Below, piece by piece: positions 1-8,637 of a stretch of 32,000 nucleotides of DNA. The stretch is taken from NCBI RefSeq assembly GCF_018398935.1, contig NZ_CP074694.1, forward strand, positions 3,150,001 to 3,182,000. Direction: 5' to 3'. The notes under the pieces were generated by a model that searched no databases, was not told the DNA's origin, and saw only the letters and a program-made list of their open reading frames with translations. The stretch comes from Telmatocola sphagniphila. GTDB lineage: Bacteria > Planctomycetota > Planctomycetia > Gemmatales > Gemmataceae. The number at the start of each line of letters is the position of its first letter. The first letter of the stretch is position 1. Both the position numbers and the translations under genes were made by a program.

Positions 1-1
1 T

Positions 2-811
2 ACCGATCTGGTGGCCACCGTCATTCAGCCGCTGAAGGACCTCTACAAAGGACGTTTCGAGGTCGCTCCCTATGCCGTCCTGTTCAAGCCGAGCCATGGA
101 CTGAAGATTCTTCGGAACGAATCGTCCGGTTTCTCCCCCAAGGCCGCGTATATCTTCCGCAAACAACTCGAAGAAGCCGATGCTTTGGTGATTAATCGCA
201 TGGACGAGATCCAACCCGCTCGGCTCGCAGAACTCGAAAAACTGCTGAACACGGAATTCCCCGGTGTTCCCGTCCTGGCGATCTCCGCCAAAACCGGCCA
301 GGGTTTTGATGCTTTGCCGGAATTGTTGGATCAGCAGGGCGCATTTGGTAAAAAAATTCTAGACATCGATTACGACATCTATGCCGAGGGGGAAGCCGAA
401 ATGGGTTGGCTGAACTCCAGCGTGCATCTGGTCGCCGAGCGTCCTACCGAGATGGATCCCCTGCTCATGGAAGTAATCGTTCAACTGCAGGATCGCATCC
501 GGACTCTCGGGGGTGAAGTGGCTCACCTGAAAGTCATCGGCATGGAAGAAGGCGGCGCCTTTGGGGTGGCCAATCTCGTTTCGAGCGCCGGTCAGCCCGA
601 ATTTTCGCTCCCTTCCAATTCCTTGTTTCAAGTCGCTGATCTTATCATCAATGCCCGAGTGGCTATCGATCCCGAGGCACTTCAGAAAGAAGTCGAGAAG
701 GTTGTCGCTCAGTCCGCCCTGAGTCGAAATCTTCAGACGGAGTTTCGACAGATCCAGAGTTTGCGCCCCGGTCGCCCGGTTCCCATCCATCGCTATTCGG
801 AAATAGTATAA
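2..811 (+). CDS. P-loop GTPase, G3E (HypB/UreG/CobW)-like, C-terminal 269 aa; 5' end lies outside the window
   Basis: The reading frame is open to the window edge. It has the motifs 'EADALVINRMDEI' (NKxD-like G4 with K->R) and 'AISAKTGQG' (SAK G5). The Walker A motif would lie upstream of the window. The gap to the next gene is 9 nt. Confidence 0.5.
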   Translation, partial: TDLVATVIQPLKDLYKGRFEVAPYAVLFKPSHGLKILRNESSGFSPKAAYIFRKQLEEADALVINRMDEIQPARLAELEKLLNTEFPGVPVLAISAKTGQGFDALPELLDQQGAFGKKILDIDYDIYAEGEAEMGWLNSSVHLVAERPTEMDPLLMEVIVQLQDRIRTLGGEVAHLKVIGMEEGGAFGVANLVSSAGQPEFSLPSNSLFQVADLIINARVAIDPEALQKEVEKVVAQSALSRNLQTEFRQIQSLRPGRPVPIHRYSEIV

Positions 812-820
812 AACCAACCT

Positions 821-1702
821 ATGCGAACCGAAATCCTCGACCTCGACAACTCCGTGGCCAACCAACCTGAATTGGGTAAAGAGGTTAAACGAAAGCACGA
901 CCTTACCGAATGGGGTCCCAAAATCCGCATGGGATGCGCCTATTGGCGGTTCAGCTCCTTTGCTCGGAATGTCCCTACTTCGGATCGCCCCCGGCTTAGC
1001 TTTATCGGTTCGGGCGACTTCCATCATGTGACCCTGGCGCTTCTGAAGAAAATTCAGGAACCCTTTCATCTGGTAATCCTCGACAAGCATCCAGACTGGG
1101 TAAAGCTGATGCCGATCATGCACTGCGGCACCTGGTTATCCCATGCGTTGAAACTGCCGCAGGTGAAAAATGTCTATCACTTCGGCGGCGATCTCGACTT
1201 CGATAATTTCCTGCAGAATCTGGCCCCCAGAGGAGCCTTGAAATCGGGACGAGTGAAAGTTTTCCCTTCGCATCGCACCTACACAAAGGGCTTTTGGAAA
1301 AAGATCTCGCACCAGCCCTTGCGGCCGGATGCAGCCAAATCCTGTACCGACGAGAACATCAAGGAATTGCTGAAGCCCCATGCTGAAGAGCTGAGTAAAT
1401 ACCCGCTGTATATTTCGGTCGATAAAGATGTGATGCGGGTCGGAGACTCGGTGGTCAACTGGGATTCAGGTCTATTGCGGCTGAAGGAAATCGAATTACT
1501 CATTTCCAACTTGATCGAGATCAACGGCCAGCCTTTAGTTGGTGCCGATATCGTCGGTGATTGGTCCCGCGTAAGACTTCGGGGTCCTCTGCGGGAAATG
1601 CTCGACTGGTCCGAACATCCTGTACTGGATGTCGATCCCAAATTCAGCCTGGAAACCAATCAGAGCACGAATCTCCGGCTCCTCGATCTGTTCAAAGGAT
1701 AA
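821..1702 (+). CDS. arginase/ureohydrolase-fold metallohydrolase-like protein
   Basis: 293-aa ORF. By eye it matches the ureohydrolase metal-ligand motifs: 'GSGDFHH' (GGDHS-like), 'LDKHPD' (DxHxD), 'SVDKDV' (SxDxD) and 'GADIVGD'. Confidence 0.55.
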   Translation: MRTEILDLDNSVANQPELGKEVKRKHDLTEWGPKIRMGCAYWRFSSFARNVPTSDRPRLSFIGSGDFHHVTLALLKKIQEPFHLVILDKHPDWVKLMPIMHCGTWLSHALKLPQVKNVYHFGGDLDFDNFLQNLAPRGALKSGRVKVFPSHRTYTKGFWKKISHQPLRPDAAKSCTDENIKELLKPHAEELSKYPLYISVDKDVMRVGDSVVNWDSGLLRLKEIELLISNLIEINGQPLVGADIVGDWSRVRLRGPLREMLDWSEHPVLDVDPKFSLETNQSTNLRLLDLFKG

Positions 1703-1720
1703 CACCTTCGGAGGATGGCT

Positions 1721-2614
1721 ATGGCAACTTTTCCTCGACGGCAGTTCCTGGCGGGAAGCGCCGCTTTGGCCGGTGGTTCCCTCTTGCCCCATCCCGCTCG
1801 CTCCGAAGAACCTGCTAGTCCTCCCGCGCTCTTCAAGTTGGGCATGGTTACCTACAATGTGGCCGCGAACTGGGATCTGCCGACGATTCTCAAGGTCTGC
1901 AAAAATGTCGGGATCGCAGCGGTGGAATGTCGCACCACTCATAAGCACGGCGTCGAGCCGAGCCTCACAGCTTTAGAGCGTTTAACAGTCAAAAAGCAGT
2001 TTGCCGATAGCGGCATCGTCTTCTGGGGCTGCGGCTCGGTTTGCGAATTCCACTCGGATAAGGAAAGCGTCGTTCAGAAAAATATCGAAGACTGCAAAAA
2101 CTTCCTGAAACTGGTGGCGGATATTGGCGGCCATGGAGTTAAAGTCCGACCGAACGGCTTACGCAAAGATATCCCGGCGGAAAAAACTCTGGAACAGATC
2201 GGCAAAGCGCTAATCCCCTGCGGCAAAGCGGCCGGAGATCTGGGGTTGGAAATCTGGGTCGAAGTTCATGGCAAGGACACCCAGGAACCGGTCAACATCA
2301 AAAAAATCATGGAATTCTGCAATTTATCGAATGTGGGAGTAACCTGGAACTCCAACGCCACCGACATCAAAAATGCTTCGATCAGCGCATCATTCGACTT
2401 GCTTAAACCCTGGATCAAGTCCTGTCACATCAACGAAATTTATAACGACTCTCTCGGCAAATATCCCTATCGGGAATTATTCCGGAAATTCCGCGAAATG
2501 AAATACGACCGCTACACGATGATCGAAGTGGCGCGAACCCCGGTCGATGTCGCCAGCGGGGAAGATATGCTGCGTTACTACAAAGCGCTGTGGACGGAAC
2601 TGGTTCGGGCTTAA
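1721..2614 (+). CDS. Tat-exported sugar phosphate isomerase/epimerase (xylose isomerase-like TIM barrel)
   Basis: Twin-arginine signal 'FPRRQFLAGSAALAGG'. TIM-barrel text typical of the family ('GIAAVECR', 'LEIWVEVHG'). A GGAGG at 1710-1714 sits 6 nt before the ATG at 1721; the ATG at 1715 is an alternative start. Confidence 0.75.
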   Translation: MATFPRRQFLAGSAALAGGSLLPHPARSEEPASPPALFKLGMVTYNVAANWDLPTILKVCKNVGIAAVECRTTHKHGVEPSLTALERLTVKKQFADSGIVFWGCGSVCEFHSDKESVVQKNIEDCKNFLKLVADIGGHGVKVRPNGLRKDIPAEKTLEQIGKALIPCGKAAGDLGLEIWVEVHGKDTQEPVNIKKIMEFCNLSNVGVTWNSNATDIKNASISASFDLLKPWIKSCHINEIYNDSLGKYPYRELFRKFREMKYDRYTMIEVARTPVDVASGEDMLRYYKALWTELVRA

Positions 2615-2736
2615 GTCACTGTTCAATTTTTCCATTCCTTATATTTCTTAAGTAAAAGCACTGCCATCACGCATGAGCGCAACAGTCTTTTTTGCGAAGA
2701 TTTCCACACATCATAACTGATCGACATCGAGGTTTT

Positions 2737-3954
2737 ATGCTCCGACGAATATTCCCGTTGGCGTTATGCATCCTGATTGGCTGCGGGAACCCGCCTCAGG
2801 CGCCTCAACCTCCGGAACCCCCCGTCGTAACTGTCGAAAAAGTCATTGAGCGCGAACTCGATTCCAATCTCGATTTCACCGGCTATCTCAAAGCGCCCGA
2901 AGATCCGGAAATCCGTGCTCAGGTCACCGGCTACTTGAAAGAAATTGCTTTCACGAACGGCGAGCTAGTGAAGGAGAATCAAATTCTCTATCAGATCGAT
3001 CCGGAACCTTATGAAGCGGCCATGCTGAACGCCAAAGCCAACGTGGAGAAGGCCAAAGCCGATGTTATCACCGCGGACTCCACTCTGACGCGAGCTACTC
3101 TCGATTACGATCGAGCAGCAAAATTACGGGATACCAAGAGTTTGAGCGTGGAGGAGTTCGATACTCGCCGAGCGGCCAAGGATGCGGCGGTGGCTGGTGT
3201 GTCCGCAGCCAAAGCTGCTCAACTCGCCGCAGAAGCCAGTCTGAAAAAAGCCCAATTCGATCGAGATAATTGCACCATTCGCAATCCGGTCAAAGGCATC
3301 AGTCGTATAAGCCAAACTTACATAACAAAAGGGGCACTGGTCACCGCGGGAAGTTCCGTCCTCTGCAAGGTTGTCTCCCTGAACCCGATCCGCGCCTATT
3401 TCGATGTCGATGAAATGACTTCGCTTCTCTATCGCCGGCAAATCTACGATACCAAGGAACTGGCCGACCCGTCGAACAAAAACCAACTAGATTGCTGGGT
3501 CGCCATGAAGGACGAAACCGAAACGCCCGATGGCAAATACCCGCACCCCGGTAAACTCGTCTACGTTGCTCCGGAAGTCACGCGGGGTACCGCCACGATC
3601 GAAGTTTACGCGGAAATCCAAAATGGCGAGCCCTATCGGTTGCGGCCGGGCGATTCCGTTCGGATCAAGGTCGTAGCCGGGAAATCCAAGAAGTACATCA
3701 CCATACCGGAAATTGCCGTAGGCAGTCAGCAACAGCAAAAATTCGTTTATGTCGTCACCAAAGACAAAGAAGGTAAAGACATCGCTGAGTTTCGTCCTGT
3801 AATTCTGGGTGCCGTCCGACAGGTGGGCAATCTCCGACTTCAGATCGTGGAGAAGGGATTGAACTTAGGCGAAACCATTATCGTCAATGGATTGCTGCGG
3901 GTCCGCCCCGGAGCAGAGATTAAACCGAAAGAGATGCCACTGGCCTCGAAGTAA
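2737..3954 (+). CDS. efflux RND transporter periplasmic adaptor (membrane fusion protein), lipoprotein
   Basis: Lipobox 'LILIGCGN' after the ATG at 2737, with GAGG 4 nt upstream. Typical AcrA/HlyD-like text: 'VTGYLKEIAF..G..VKENQILYQIDPEPYEAA', a coiled-coil hairpin, and 'NGLLRVRPGAEI' at the C-terminus. Confidence 0.9.
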   Translation: MLRRIFPLALCILIGCGNPPQAPQPPEPPVVTVEKVIERELDSNLDFTGYLKAPEDPEIRAQVTGYLKEIAFTNGELVKENQILYQIDPEPYEAAMLNAKANVEKAKADVITADSTLTRATLDYDRAAKLRDTKSLSVEEFDTRRAAKDAAVAGVSAAKAAQLAAEASLKKAQFDRDNCTIRNPVKGISRISQTYITKGALVTAGSSVLCKVVSLNPIRAYFDVDEMTSLLYRRQIYDTKELADPSNKNQLDCWVAMKDETETPDGKYPHPGKLVYVAPEVTRGTATIEVYAEIQNGEPYRLRPGDSVRIKVVAGKSKKYITIPEIAVGSQQQQKFVYVVTKDKEGKDIAEFRPVILGAVRQVGNLRLQIVEKGLNLGETIIVNGLLRVRPGAEIKPKEMPLASK

Positions 3955-4004
3955 AATCTTTGCGTTCGGAACCGGATGGAAATTCAACTGAATCGGAACC
4001 CAGC

Positions 4005-7000
4005 ATGTTTGCACAGTTTTTCATAGTTCGTCCCGTGGCGGCCATTGTTCTCGCCCTGATGACGGTTCTCGTCGGCGTCTTGGCCCTCACCGCCTTGCCC
4101 ATCTCACAATATCCCGATGTGGTGCCGCCACAAGTCGTGATCACGGCCGCCTATCCCGGACAAAACGCTCAAAAAGTCTCTCTGGAAGTGGCCGCACCGA
4201 TCGAAGAACAGATCAACGGTGTCGAAGGCATGCTCTACATGGAATCGCAGTGCACCAACGACGGGGCGATGCGGTTGACCTGTACATTCAAAGTCGGCAC
4301 TAATCCCGATATGGCCCAGGTTCTCGTTCAGAACCGGGTAGCCATTGCTCTCCCCAAAGTACCCGATGTGGTTCGCAACATCGGTGTGGTTACCAAAAAG
4401 CAATCCACCGCCATCCTGCTGGTGGTGAATATCTTCTCTGATCGCGATCCCAAAACCGGACAGTTCGTCAAGGACCAACTCGAGGTGAGTAATTTCGCCC
4501 GCCTTCAGGTGAAAGATGAACTCGCGCGACTCAACGGCGTCGGGGATGTCTCCATGTTCGGGGAACGCGAATATTCGATGCGAATCTGGCTCGATCCCAA
4601 CAAGATGGCCGATTACAGTCTCGCGGTTGGCGATGTCACTCGAGCGATCTCGGAACAAAATCTGACGGTGGCCGCCGGTCAGATTGGCGCCCCTCCGGCC
4701 CCGGCCGGTCAGAATTTTCAACTGGTTGTGAATACACAGGGCCGCCTTCTGAATGCCGAGGAATTCGAAAACATTGTGGTCTATCGCTCGGGGGAAAAAC
4801 TGGTTCGGCTGAAGAGTGTGGTCCGCGACACGAAAGTTGTGGATGGACTCTCTGTGAAGGGTATTGAACTGGGCGCTCGTAGCTACGATTCGGAATCTTT
4901 CCTGGATGGACAACCTGCTGTCGGCTTGCCCATTTATCAGCTTCCGGGAGCTAATGCATTCGAAACGGCTCAACTCGTGCGTAATACGATGAAAAAGCTG
5001 GAGGCGAATTTCCCCGAAGGCATTAAGTACGCCATCGTTTTCGATCCCACCGTCGCCGTGGAGGCCTCGGTGGCTGAGGTGGTCAAGACGCTCATCGAAG
5101 CCTTGGTTCTAGTCGCCATCGTGGTCATGGTTTTCCTGCAGAATTGGCGGGCTGCGGTGATCCCGATGCTGGCCGTGCCGGTGGCCTTGATAGGAACCTT
5201 GGCCGCCATGTACGTCCTCGGTTACAGCATTAATAACCTGACGCTGTTTGGCATGGTACTCGCCATTGGTATTGTGGTCGATGATGCCATCGTTGTCGTG
5301 GAAGCGGTCGAATTTCACATGGCCCGGGGCATGACACCTCTCGCCGCGACCCAACTCGCCATGCAGGAAGTATCCGGCGCTATTATTGGGGTCTCACTCG
5401 TATTAGTCGCCGTCTTCGTTCCATCGCTTTTGATCCCGGGCATTACCGGTTTGTTCTTCAAGCAATTTGCCGTCGTCGTCGCCGTTTCGACGCTTTTGTC
5501 CGCTTTTAACTCTTTGACGCTGAGCCCGGCTCTTTGCCCCTTGTTGCTGAAGCCGCATGGTCATCCGCCCGCAGAATCCGAAGAATCTCACGCGGCTACT
5601 ACCCCTGCTCGCCGAATGGATGCACTTCCCGCATTCGGGGTGTCGCTGATCGTTGGATTAATAGCCGCTCACTTTTTTGGGGATGTACTGGGCGGACTAT
5701 TACCAAAGACATGGTCGCATTTCACCAAGGAAATCGTTGTCTTCCTGATCGCGATGATTCCCGGTTACTTCTCGACCCAGGCGGTGAACTGGCTCCTCTC
5801 GTGGTTCTTTCTCTACTTCAATTGGGGTTTCGACAAGACTATTGAAGGTTACGGCTGGTCCGTCAACAGGATGATTCGCCTGTCGCTGATCATGATGGTT
5901 GTTTATGTCGGCCTGATCGGCATGACTATTCGCGGTTTTTCGCGAGTGCCGGCCGGATTCATCCCTCAGCAGGATCAAGGCTATCTGGTAGTGAATATTC
6001 AATTGCCGGACGGGGCCAGTGTGGAGCGTTCGCGCCGAGTTATCGAGAAATTGAACGATATCTGCCTCGGTCCTGCACTTCCCGATGGCACGCGCGATCG
6101 AAGCCAGGGCATCAAGGGCATTCAAAACGTCATCGGGCTGGCCGGTTTCTCGATTTTCGCCACTGCCAATATTTCAAACACCGGCGGCGCCTATATCACT
6201 CTCGATCCGTTCGAAGATCGCAAGGGTCTGCATGCGGATGCGATCATGAACGAGTTGAATAAGAAACTCTCCCAGATCGAGGAAGGCTCGGCCACCGCGT
6301 TCGGAGCTCCTCCGATCATGGGCCTCGGTAATGCGGGTGGTTTCAAGATGCAGATCCAGGACCGCCAGAACTATGGCTTGGGCGTACTGGAGGGAATGAC
6401 TTGGAATCTGGCTTTCGCCGCCATGAAAGAGCCGGGTATCCCCTCGGCCTTTAGTACGTTCCGCGCCAGTTCGCCACAGCTGAATGTGAAGATTGATGCC
6501 GACCGGGCCTTCAAGCTCGGCGTCTCGGACAAGGATGTTAAGGACGCTCTGCAGGTCTACCTCGGCTCGGCGTACGTCAACGATATCACACTGCTAAACC
6601 GCAACTGGCAGGTCAACGTGCAGGCCGATTCGAGCTTCCGCGACCAGGAAGAAGATATCTACAAGCTCAAAGTTCGCAATTCCAAAGGCGACATGGTGCC
6701 GTTGGCCGCCTTGGTGAAAGTTGAGCGAATACAGGGACCCAGTAAGGTGAACCGTTACAACATGTACCCGGCCGCCGACTTGAGTGGGTTTACTATCCCG
6801 ACGATAATTACCACCGGGCAGGCCTTGGATCGCATGGAACAAATCGCCAAACGCGATCTGCCGCCGAACATGACCTACGAATGGACCGACATGGCTTACC
6901 AGCAGGTCCAGGCCGCCAATACCAAAGTTCAAATTCCCGGCGTCTTCACCTTCCAGGGGGATTCGACTGTCATCGTTTTCGGATTGAGCACCCTGCTCGC

Positions 7001-7454
7001 CTTTCTGGTGATGGCCTATATTTACGAGAGTTTTCTGCTTCCGCTGTCGGTCGTTTTAATTGTCCCGATGTGTCTGTTCTCGGCCGTTATCGGTCTGGGT
7101 ATCGCCCGGCTCGATTTGAACATCTTCACTCAGATCGGCTTGGTAGTTCTGGTCGGTCTGGCCAGCAAGAATGCGATTCTGATCGTCGAATTCGCCAAGC
7201 AGAAACGAGAAGAAGGCAAGCCGCGCTGGGAAGCCGCTCTTCAAGCGGCCAAATTACGACTGAGACCGATTTTGATGACTTCGTTCGCCTTCATTCTCGG
7301 CGTGGTGCCATTAGTGATTGCAGAAGGGGCGGGGGCCGAAATGCGTCGGGCGTTGGGAACGGCCGTCTTTTCCGGGATGATCGGCGTGACCATTTTCGGG
7401 ATCTTCTTTACCCCTGTCTTCTATGTGTTGATGCAACGCCTTCGCGATCGATAG
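4005..7454 (+). CDS. RND efflux permease (HAE1/AcrB-like), 1149 aa
   Basis: The N-terminus 'MFAQFFIVRPVAAIV' matches the AcrB-type start. Also present are 'VVDDAIVVVE', 'GLASKNAILIVEFA' and 'RLRPILMTSFAFILGVVPL'. The TTG at 3960 in the ORF track is probably an over-extension. Confidence 0.95.
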   Translation: MFAQFFIVRPVAAIVLALMTVLVGVLALTALPISQYPDVVPPQVVITAAYPGQNAQKVSLEVAAPIEEQINGVEGMLYMESQCTNDGAMRLTCTFKVGTNPDMAQVLVQNRVAIALPKVPDVVRNIGVVTKKQSTAILLVVNIFSDRDPKTGQFVKDQLEVSNFARLQVKDELARLNGVGDVSMFGEREYSMRIWLDPNKMADYSLAVGDVTRAISEQNLTVAAGQIGAPPAPAGQNFQLVVNTQGRLLNAEEFENIVVYRSGEKLVRLKSVVRDTKVVDGLSVKGIELGARSYDSESFLDGQPAVGLPIYQLPGANAFETAQLVRNTMKKLEANFPEGIKYAIVFDPTVAVEASVAEVVKTLIEALVLVAIVVMVFLQNWRAAVIPMLAVPVALIGTLAAMYVLGYSINNLTLFGMVLAIGIVVDDAIVVVEAVEFHMARGMTPLAATQLAMQEVSGAIIGVSLVLVAVFVPSLLIPGITGLFFKQFAVVVAVSTLLSAFNSLTLSPALCPLLLKPHGHPPAESEESHAATTPARRMDALPAFGVSLIVGLIAAHFFGDVLGGLLPKTWSHFTKEIVVFLIAMIPGYFSTQAVNWLLSWFFLYFNWGFDKTIEGYGWSVNRMIRLSLIMMVVYVGLIGMTIRGFSRVPAGFIPQQDQGYLVVNIQLPDGASVERSRRVIEKLNDICLGPALPDGTRDRSQGIKGIQNVIGLAGFSIFATANISNTGGAYITLDPFEDRKGLHADAIMNELNKKLSQIEEGSATAFGAPPIMGLGNAGGFKMQIQDRQNYGLGVLEGMTWNLAFAAMKEPGIPSAFSTFRASSPQLNVKIDADRAFKLGVSDKDVKDALQVYLGSAYVNDITLLNRNWQVNVQADSSFRDQEEDIYKLKVRNSKGDMVPLAALVKVERIQGPSKVNRYNMYPAADLSGFTIPTIITTGQALDRMEQIAKRDLPPNMTYEWTDMAYQQVQAANTKVQIPGVFTFQGDSTVIVFGLSTLLAFLVMAYIYESFLLPLSVVLIVPMCLFSAVIGLGIARLDLNIFTQIGLVVLVGLASKNAILIVEFAKQKREEGKPRWEAALQAAKLRLRPILMTSFAFILGVVPLVIAEGAGAEMRRALGTAVFSGMIGVTIFGIFFTPVFYVLMQRLRDR

Positions 7455-7472
7455 ATTCCCACATTTCTTTTT

Positions 7473-7500
7473 CGATCCTTCGAATTTTTTCGAAGGATCG
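7473..7500 (+). terminator. perfect 12-bp stem / 4-nt loop hairpin downstream of the RND permease
   Basis: CGATCCTTCGAA-TTTT-TTCGAAGGATCG lies 19 nt after the stop codon. No U-tract follows it, so it is not a canonical intrinsic terminator. Confidence 0.4.
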
Positions 7501-7555
7501 CGACTTCCCGCGACAATATATCTGCATATCGGATTTCTTCCCTCAGAGAGGCCGC

Positions 7556-8113
7556 ATGCGCGATCCGTCGCAAATCCAACGCGAAGCCTTTCTGCGTCAA
7601 GCCGTGCTGCGCGGCGACGAAGCCGCCTGGAAAGTCCTTTACGATGATTCGTTCGTCCTGCTGGAACGATATATCCTCTGGCGCTGTGGCCAGCGCCGCG
7701 ACTGGGCCGAGGAAATCGTTCAGGAGACCTGGCTGATCGCCGTTCGCAAAATCCGCGAGTTCGATCAGCAGCAGGCTCAGTTTGCGAGATGGCTTTCGGG
7801 TATCGCGGGAAATCTACTGCGGAACCAGCTTCGCAAATGGCTGAAAGATGTTAAACGGCGTTCTCCTTTGATCGATGAAGCACGGGAGGACAGCCCCGTC
7901 GAGAATGACGGTGAGCGAATCGCCCTGGCGTTATCCGAATTGTCCGAGCGGAATGAGCGAGTGCTGAAGCAGAAATATCTGGAGCAACTAACTGTGGAGC
8001 AGATTGCCAGCGACTGGGGAGAAACGCCCAAGGCGATTGAATCCTTGCTAACTCGAGCCCGGGAGGCGTTTCGAGAGGCCTTTGAACGGAAGGTGGATCA
8101 TGCTTCCAAATGA
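7556..8113 (+). CDS. ECF-type RNA polymerase sigma-70 family factor
   Basis: Region 2 text 'EEIVQETWLIAVRKIREFD...FARWLSGIAGNLLRN' and region 4 HTH text 'LTVEQIASDWGETPKAIESLLTRAREAF'. AGAGAGG lies 4 nt before the ATG at 7556. Confidence 0.85.
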   Translation: MRDPSQIQREAFLRQAVLRGDEAAWKVLYDDSFVLLERYILWRCGQRRDWAEEIVQETWLIAVRKIREFDQQQAQFARWLSGIAGNLLRNQLRKWLKDVKRRSPLIDEAREDSPVENDGERIALALSELSERNERVLKQKYLEQLTVEQIASDWGETPKAIESLLTRAREAFREAFERKVDHASK

Positions 8114-8609
8114 AGAGGAGTTTTTGCTGGGGCCAACCTCAAAGGGCTTACCGGATAAGCTTCGCACGGAACTTTTTCATGCGACTTCGAAAAAGATTCG
8201 AACGCGCAGAAAGTTTCGACAGTTAGGCGGTGCGTGTTTACTTCTGGTGACTTATTTGGCTGGTTTGGGCACCTACCGCTTGGTGCGTGAAGCACCGCGG
8301 CCGATCATTCAGAAAGAAATCGTTTATGTTCCGATGAAGGAAGTGCCAGTGGAATCCGTGGCGGTGCAAGCGCCCAAGGAAAAAACACCTCAGGAAATAG
8401 AAATGGAGGCCGAGCTTTCTTTAGAGACGCAAGAAAGCCGATCCTTCTATCGACAAGCCGCCGACAAATACTTCGCCCGGAATCAGTATGAGCAAGCCAT
8501 TCGTTGTTACAAGTGTTACCTCGTGAATGCAACTAAAGATGATTTAACACCCAGTTCGGCTGATACATGGCTGCTCGCGTCATTGAAAACGGCCCACGCA
8601 ACCTATTGA
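8100..8609 (+). CDS. single-pass membrane protein, candidate anti-sigma factor
   Basis: The ATG at 8100 overlaps the sigma gene stop by 14 nt. The protein has a cytoplasmic N-terminus of about 45 aa, one TM segment ('LGGACLLLVTYLAGLGTY') and a TPR-like C-terminal motif ('YRQAADKYFARNQYEQAIRCYKCY'). There is no HxxxCxxC zinc motif. The function is assigned from position only. Confidence 0.45.
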   Translation: MLPNEEEFLLGPTSKGLPDKLRTELFHATSKKIRTRRKFRQLGGACLLLVTYLAGLGTYRLVREAPRPIIQKEIVYVPMKEVPVESVAVQAPKEKTPQEIEMEAELSLETQESRSFYRQAADKYFARNQYEQAIRCYKCYLVNATKDDLTPSSADTWLLASLKTAHATY

Positions 8610-8637
8610 AAATCCATCACTAAACAGGGAGAAAAAA

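Noticed and set aside
6881-7555. 5' part of the 410-aa + ORF that runs from inside the RND permease gene into the sigma factor gene.
   Set aside because: This is an out-of-frame overlap with the well-supported permease CDS, and its text is Arg/Ser/Gly-rich nonsense. Recognisable sigma-70 sequence begins only at the ATG at 7556, which has an SD-like AGAGAGG.
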